Part shown: positions 26,156-29,606 of the stretch, in pieces
How the letters are laid out: each line of letters opens with the position of its first letter
Position numbering within the stretch: position 1 is the first letter of the stretch
Source of the DNA: a virus
Lineage: Duplodnaviria; Caudoviricetes
IMG/VR virus record: IMGVR_UViG_3300034130_000053
Span: 1-29,606 of that record
Direction: 5' to 3' (one strand)
Length of the DNA stretch: 29,606 nt
Translations under genes and position numbers: made by a program
Notes under the pieces: generated by a model
Told to the model about the DNA's origin: nothing
The model's database searches: none
Seen by the model: only the letters and a program-made list of their open reading frames with translations

Positions 26156-26233
26156 TGCCATATTTAACTGTAGCATAAAGCACAGGAATTCCAACCAGTG
26201 CGCCGTCAAAATGTGCCAAAAAGGCCGGATTTT

Positions 26234-26265
26234 GCGGTTGTTTTAACCCTGCGTTGTGCTACATT
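26234..26265 (+). promoter_or_regulatory. Sigma70-type (early) promoter
   Basis: GCGGTTG-N16-TGCTACATT; the same architecture recurs at 28651-28682 (+) and 28616-28585 (-). Confidence 0.6.
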
Positions 26266-26319
26266 GCTTGGGTAGCGGGCTGCTACCTGTTCTTTTACAA
26301 CCAAATAGGAAGGTATATT

Positions 26320-27039
26320 ATGCTAAAGGATAAGCATGGCTTATGGACTTTGGAGGCGGAACCAAGTGTTGTTGCCATCCTCCAGGGTGTTACTGAGGAC
26401 CATCCGCTATGGCTGCCAGTATCCACACCGGATTACCACGCATTTGCCATAAATGATGGGTTGGAAATAACCAACAAAGGCAAGGTAGTTTGGCGTGGTA
26501 TTTGTGTCGGCAAGGATCCGAATGTGAATGCTAATGCGTTAGTTGGCAATCCTTTACAGGGTGGTAGTCAACAAATGCCACAAGCTGCATTTGGTAAAAC
26601 TTTTACGGATCCAAGTGCAACGGATCCAAGTGCAACACACCGGGTTAACCAAGCAATTTGTTTTTTACCGGCAGCGTTACGGATTACCCCTTGGACCACC
26701 AATGTAATTAACTTGGGTGATTACATGTTGGATGCCAAATCCACAGATGCGCTAACAACGGATACGCGTGTAGTACCCAAAGTTGGTGCGCGTAAAAAGT
26801 TGGGGGATTTGGTTAGTTGGATAGCGGAGGAGGTAAAAACCGAACAAGGAATTAACCGGTTTATGCCGTTATGTGCTGCGGTATTGCAAAATGCCACAGT
26901 ATGGCTGCTAAAAACCAGTATAGGTTCGGATAACCTAGTAACCACAATAACATTTGGCAAAACCGATCGGAACACCAGTCCGACTGCCCAGGAAGCAAAA
27001 TGCAAGGAGATTTGGCAAGCGTTTGGTAGCCCACAGTAA
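26320..27039 (+). CDS. Hypothetical protein (239 aa), stand-alone transcription unit
   Basis: Start moved to ATG 26320 behind AGGAAGG; has its own promoter and terminator; no recognisable family. Confidence 0.8.
   Translation: MLKDKHGLWTLEAEPSVVAILQGVTEDHPLWLPVSTPDYHAFAINDGLEITNKGKVVWRGICVGKDPNVNANALVGNPLQGGSQQMPQAAFGKTFTDPSATDPSATHRVNQAICFLPAALRITPWTTNVINLGDYMLDAKSTDALTTDTRVVPKVGARKKLGDLVSWIAEEVKTEQGINRFMPLCAAVLQNATVWLLKTSIGSDNLVTTITFGKTDRNTSPTAQEAKCKEIWQAFGSPQ
26605..26636 (+). repeat. In-frame 15-bp tandem duplication (TDPSA x2)
   Basis: ACGGATCCAAGTGCA at 26605 and 26620. Confidence 0.95.
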
Positions 27040-27044
27040 AAAAC

Positions 27045-27077
27045 AAAAAACCCCAACAATAATTGTTGGGGTTTTTT
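27045..27077. terminator. Bidirectional intrinsic terminator
   Basis: AAAAAACCCCAACAAT-A-ATTGTTGGGGTTTTTT between convergent genes. Confidence 0.9.
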
Positions 27078-27200
27078 ATTATGGCGATTTCTTTCAAAAC
27101 ATCGCGTATAAGTAATAGCGCAGGATTAAATTTACTCTTTTTAGTCATACCTTTAACACGTTTCGTAGGGAGTGAGATCAGTACGGAAACGCTTTAAGGT

Positions 27201-27770
27201 TTACTGGAAGAAATACGCTAGATTAAGCACCACCAACAAACTTACAACAAAGATCAACGTCACCATATTATTGACGTGTAGTTTGTCTTCCTTTGCAATA
27301 ATGACTGCCGCATAGATATGCCGTACGGTTTCGGTATCAGCCAATTCCTCGGCAGTAACTGGCGGCGTTAGCTGGAGTGCTGCTTCAAATTGTTCGAATT
27401 GCTGTTTGGCACTGCGCAATGATGACTGTTCCAAACTACTGCGGATAATGTCAGCTTTTTGGTTACGAGTCAATTCATCCAAAGCGCGATCAATTAATGA
27501 CGTTGGCATTTTGGCTGACTGTGGATCGCAGACTTCGTCTGCGAAACACCCTGTGTGATCAACTTTGTTGATCACCCAGTTATTGAACGAGGTTCGTTCA
27601 ATATAACTGAGACCCGAACCAGGAATGCCAACCGTGGCACGCATACCATCAGCCCGAATATTGAGCATGGAACCAGGCACACCAAGACTCAAACTTGGAC
27701 CGGTTTTAGCGAGGTTTACTCGCACACCGGGCATAACCTTGAACGACCTGTGGAAGCGAAAATAGCCCAT
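27201..27770 (-). CDS. DUF4236-domain protein with C-terminal TM helix
   Basis: N-terminal 'FRF.RS.K..PGVR.N..K.G.S.S.G.PG...........T.GIPG.GLSY' signature; GAGGA RBS. Confidence 0.85.
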   Translation of the reverse strand: MGYFRFHRSFKVMPGVRVNLAKTGPSLSLGVPGSMLNIRADGMRATVGIPGSGLSYIERTSFNNWVINKVDHTGCFADEVCDPQSAKMPTSLIDRALDELTRNQKADIIRSSLEQSSLRSAKQQFEQFEAALQLTPPVTAEELADTETVRHIYAAVIIAKEDKLHVNNMVTLIFVVSLLVVLNLAYFFQ

Positions 27771-27788
27771 TGTGTCCTCGGTTAGTTT

Positions 27789-28103
27789 TTATGGATGAAA
27801 GCGTAATTTAAACTCGATTGCATGTTTCGGATCAGTAAACCAGAAATCAGAGTCTGAATCATCTGAGTCATATATAATTGCAAAACAATTCTGATCTAGG
27901 ATATCCGTTTTCACCACAATTTCAACGTCATCATCACCGCTACTAGTCTGTTCATATTGCAATCCTACAATGTCATGAAATCCAATTCTGCGTTCGACGC
28001 ACCAAGATTGTACGGCCTCAATGACGTCGTTATCAGTGGGCATAGACACATGCCACCAATAAGGATAAGATCGGTTATAAAAGTCGCCAATAGTTACTAT
28101 CAT
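27789..28103 (-). CDS. Small hypothetical protein, 'A..FKLRF' C-terminal family
   Basis: Ends FWFTDPKHAIEFKLRFHP; ATG 28103 forms a TAATG overlap with a 12-aa upstream ORF. Confidence 0.7.
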   Translation of the reverse strand: MIVTIGDFYNRSYPYWWHVSMPTDNDVIEAVQSWCVERRIGFHDIVGLQYEQTSSGDDDVEIVVKTDILDQNCFAIIYDSDDSDSDFWFTDPKHAIEFKLRFHP

Positions 28104-28202
28104 TACCGACAAATCCTCGCTGCCAAAAACATCTTGCGCATTGTAATATCTCCTAAAATGCTACCCTGTAGCACGTCTAGCAAGGGGTCATAGCTATGAA
28201 AG

Positions 28203-28550
28203 CTATCTGCTATCACGTGCGTACATACGCTCAATGTGTTGCTTAAACGCCCGATGCATCACATCCATCGCGTTGTCCTCGGTTACTTCAACCGTGGCAT
28301 GATCGCATATTTGGGCTACACCACGCTTATGGGTTGTTGAATCCGTGAAGCCAAATACAACAACATTTGTCCATTTGTCGGCATTACCATATGCCGGTCC
28401 TTGGAGGATAATGGTTAGTTCACCCTCCAAAAGGTCTTTTTGTTCTTTAGCCGTAAAGCTATTAAACAACCAACCCCTCTTACCGACATAATTGCCCTTT
28501 TCGGTAAGGGGCTTGTTATTCTTGGTTTTGAACAATTTAAGCTGCGACAT
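28203..28550 (-). CDS. Hypothetical protein
   Basis: Start moved to ATG 28550 behind AAGGA; promoter at 28616-28585. Confidence 0.7.
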   Translation of the reverse strand: MSQLKLFKTKNNKPLTEKGNYVGKRGWLFNSFTAKEQKDLLEGELTIILQGPAYGNADKWTNVVVFGFTDSTTHKRGVAQICDHATVEVTEDNAMDVMHRAFKQHIERMYARDSR

Positions 28551-28580
28551 CTGCGTAATCCTTGTGCGTAGTTCCGATAA

Positions 28581-28688
28581 ACCCAACTTACGCTAGTTTT
28601 ATGGCTATGCAACCGCTAATGCCAAAACGGCGCGAATAAATACGAAACGAGCGGTTGTGTGCCATAAAATATATGCTATGTTGGGGTT
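28581..28688. promoter_or_regulatory. Divergent promoter pair forming an imperfect inverted repeat
   Basis: AGCGGTTG...GCCATAAAA...GTTGGG on both strands; plus-strand TAAATA at 28637-28642 lies between them. Confidence 0.6.
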
Positions 28689-28703
28689 ATAGGAGATACG
28701 CAC

Positions 28704-29606
28704 ATGACTAACTCACAAGATAATGATCCGACTGCATGGATGGCAAGTTTGATCAATGACATCCAAACTGCCCGTTGCACCTATCGTGATATAACGGGTG
28801 TGCGGTATATCAAACCCGAAAACGTCGACATCACTGCTCCGGTGTTTTGGTTTGATGACATGTTCGACCAAGGTTCCCCGATCATGCGCGGTATCGAAAC
28901 CGGCAATTCACTAGCCGATTTGTATCACGAAGACGCCAGACTATTGGTATTAAACAACGACTTTCGGTTGCCATTTCCTAAATGTTTTTTCGTTTATCGG
29001 TGTTGTGAAGTAAAACCGGAAATCCGTTTGCACAAGGTCGAGAATGGTCATCATATCGCCAATATCGTTTACCTTGATCAAGATCAAACAACATTTGACA
29101 TCGAATGCACCAGTTTTATGAAGATATTGACTGGATTCACTCAAATCAAAAATTGGTTGATATGTCCGTTAAAATGGAATTTCGGTTCACATTTGCCGAA
29201 AGGCGAAATCGAATATGTGGCACGCAGTCCACTTGCTGTGGACCCATTGCGTGAAAAAGCTATGATTATTGATTTAATCGCTGACTTGACTGCAATTATG
29301 GTCGGCACCATGTTGTTAAACGAGCCAAAAGCTACCAGTGCCATTAAACTGCCGTCTGGCCCAGTGCATAGTAAAGCCAATGCGCGACGCAGTAAAGCTG
29401 GTATCAAACCATTATCGGATGTAAGTTATATTCGTTTGCTTGATCCGGTACCATATCCAAGTAGTGGTAAAAACGCCATAGCGGCACGGGGTCCTATGCC
29501 GCCGCATAATCGTCGTGGTACCACACGGCATTATAAAAGCGGTAAAGTCGTAGCAGTTGGACCAATGAAGATACGGGGTGGTGCTCCAGACAATAGTACA
29601 CACGTG
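28704..29606 (+). CDS. Hypothetical phage protein with LPF and H.RRG..R...SGK motifs (runs off window edge)
   Basis: Not in the ORF track. AGGAG RBS, ATG 28704, open for 301 codons: MTNSQDNDPTAW...FRLPFPKCFF...PPHNRRGTTRHYKSGKVVAVGPMKIRGG... Confidence 0.85.
   Translation, partial: MTNSQDNDPTAWMASLINDIQTARCTYRDITGVRYIKPENVDITAPVFWFDDMFDQGSPIMRGIETGNSLADLYHEDARLLVLNNDFRLPFPKCFFVYRCCEVKPEIRLHKVENGHHIANIVYLDQDQTTFDIECTSFMKILTGFTQIKNWLICPLKWNFGSHLPKGEIEYVARSPLAVDPLREKAMIIDLIADLTAIMVGTMLLNEPKATSAIKLPSGPVHSKANARRSKAGIKPLSDVSYIRLLDPVPYPSSGKNAIAARGPMPPHNRRGTTRHYKSGKVVAVGPMKIRGGAPDNSTHV

Noticed and set aside
26721-27148. Minus-strand ORFs 26721-27059 and 26861-27148
   Set aside because: They are antisense to the 239-aa gene and cross the bidirectional terminator. 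A short product from ATG 27148 cannot be excluded.
28950-29603. Three minus-strand ORFs at the right end
   Set aside because: They are antisense shadows of the long plus-strand ORF from 28704, which has an RBS and promoter.
1-29606. Integrase/att site, repressor, tRNA, intron/intein, reverse transcriptase/DGR, endolysin, alternative genetic code
   Set aside because: None was recognised. Genes tile densely under the standard code with TAA, TAG and TGA all used as stops. Lifestyle and lysis genes cannot be judged from this window.

Overview
About 30 kb of an AT-rich tailed-phage genome with a contractile tail, almost all encoded on the minus strand. The left part (1-17914) is a complete virion module: terminase small and large subunits, portal, a cluster of micro-ORFs, scaffold, major capsid protein with a tandem-duplicated insertion domain, neck proteins, sheath, tube, tail chaperone with a -1 frameshift, tape measure and baseplate (truncated at the window edge). 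The right part holds a replication module: AEP-type primase, SF3/D5-type helicase, an iteron origin (12-mer GACCTGTAATCC, 6 copies), a T4-gp32-like SSB and a gp45-like sliding clamp. It also has an AAA+ ATPase, an FkbM methyltransferase, a DUF4236 protein and hypothetical genes. Three things stand out. (1) Nearly every late unit is preceded by the T4/jumbo-phage late promoter core TAAATA, including a T4-style RBS-occluding hairpin and two apparently leaderless genes. (2) The SSB, clamp, ATPase and small ORFs look like genes of large T4-related/Rak2-like phages, yet no DNA polymerase, canonical clamp loader or gp55-like sigma factor is in the window. This suggests a virion-autonomous, virophage-like satellite that relies on a large helper phage for late transcription and DNA synthesis. 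This is a hypothesis, since the rest of the genome is not visible. (3) A ~1 kb island around a host-promoter-driven plus-strand gene strongly avoids GA/TC dinucleotides except in GGA/TCC. All family assignments come from motif recognition and gene order, not database searches, and all counts are by hand.
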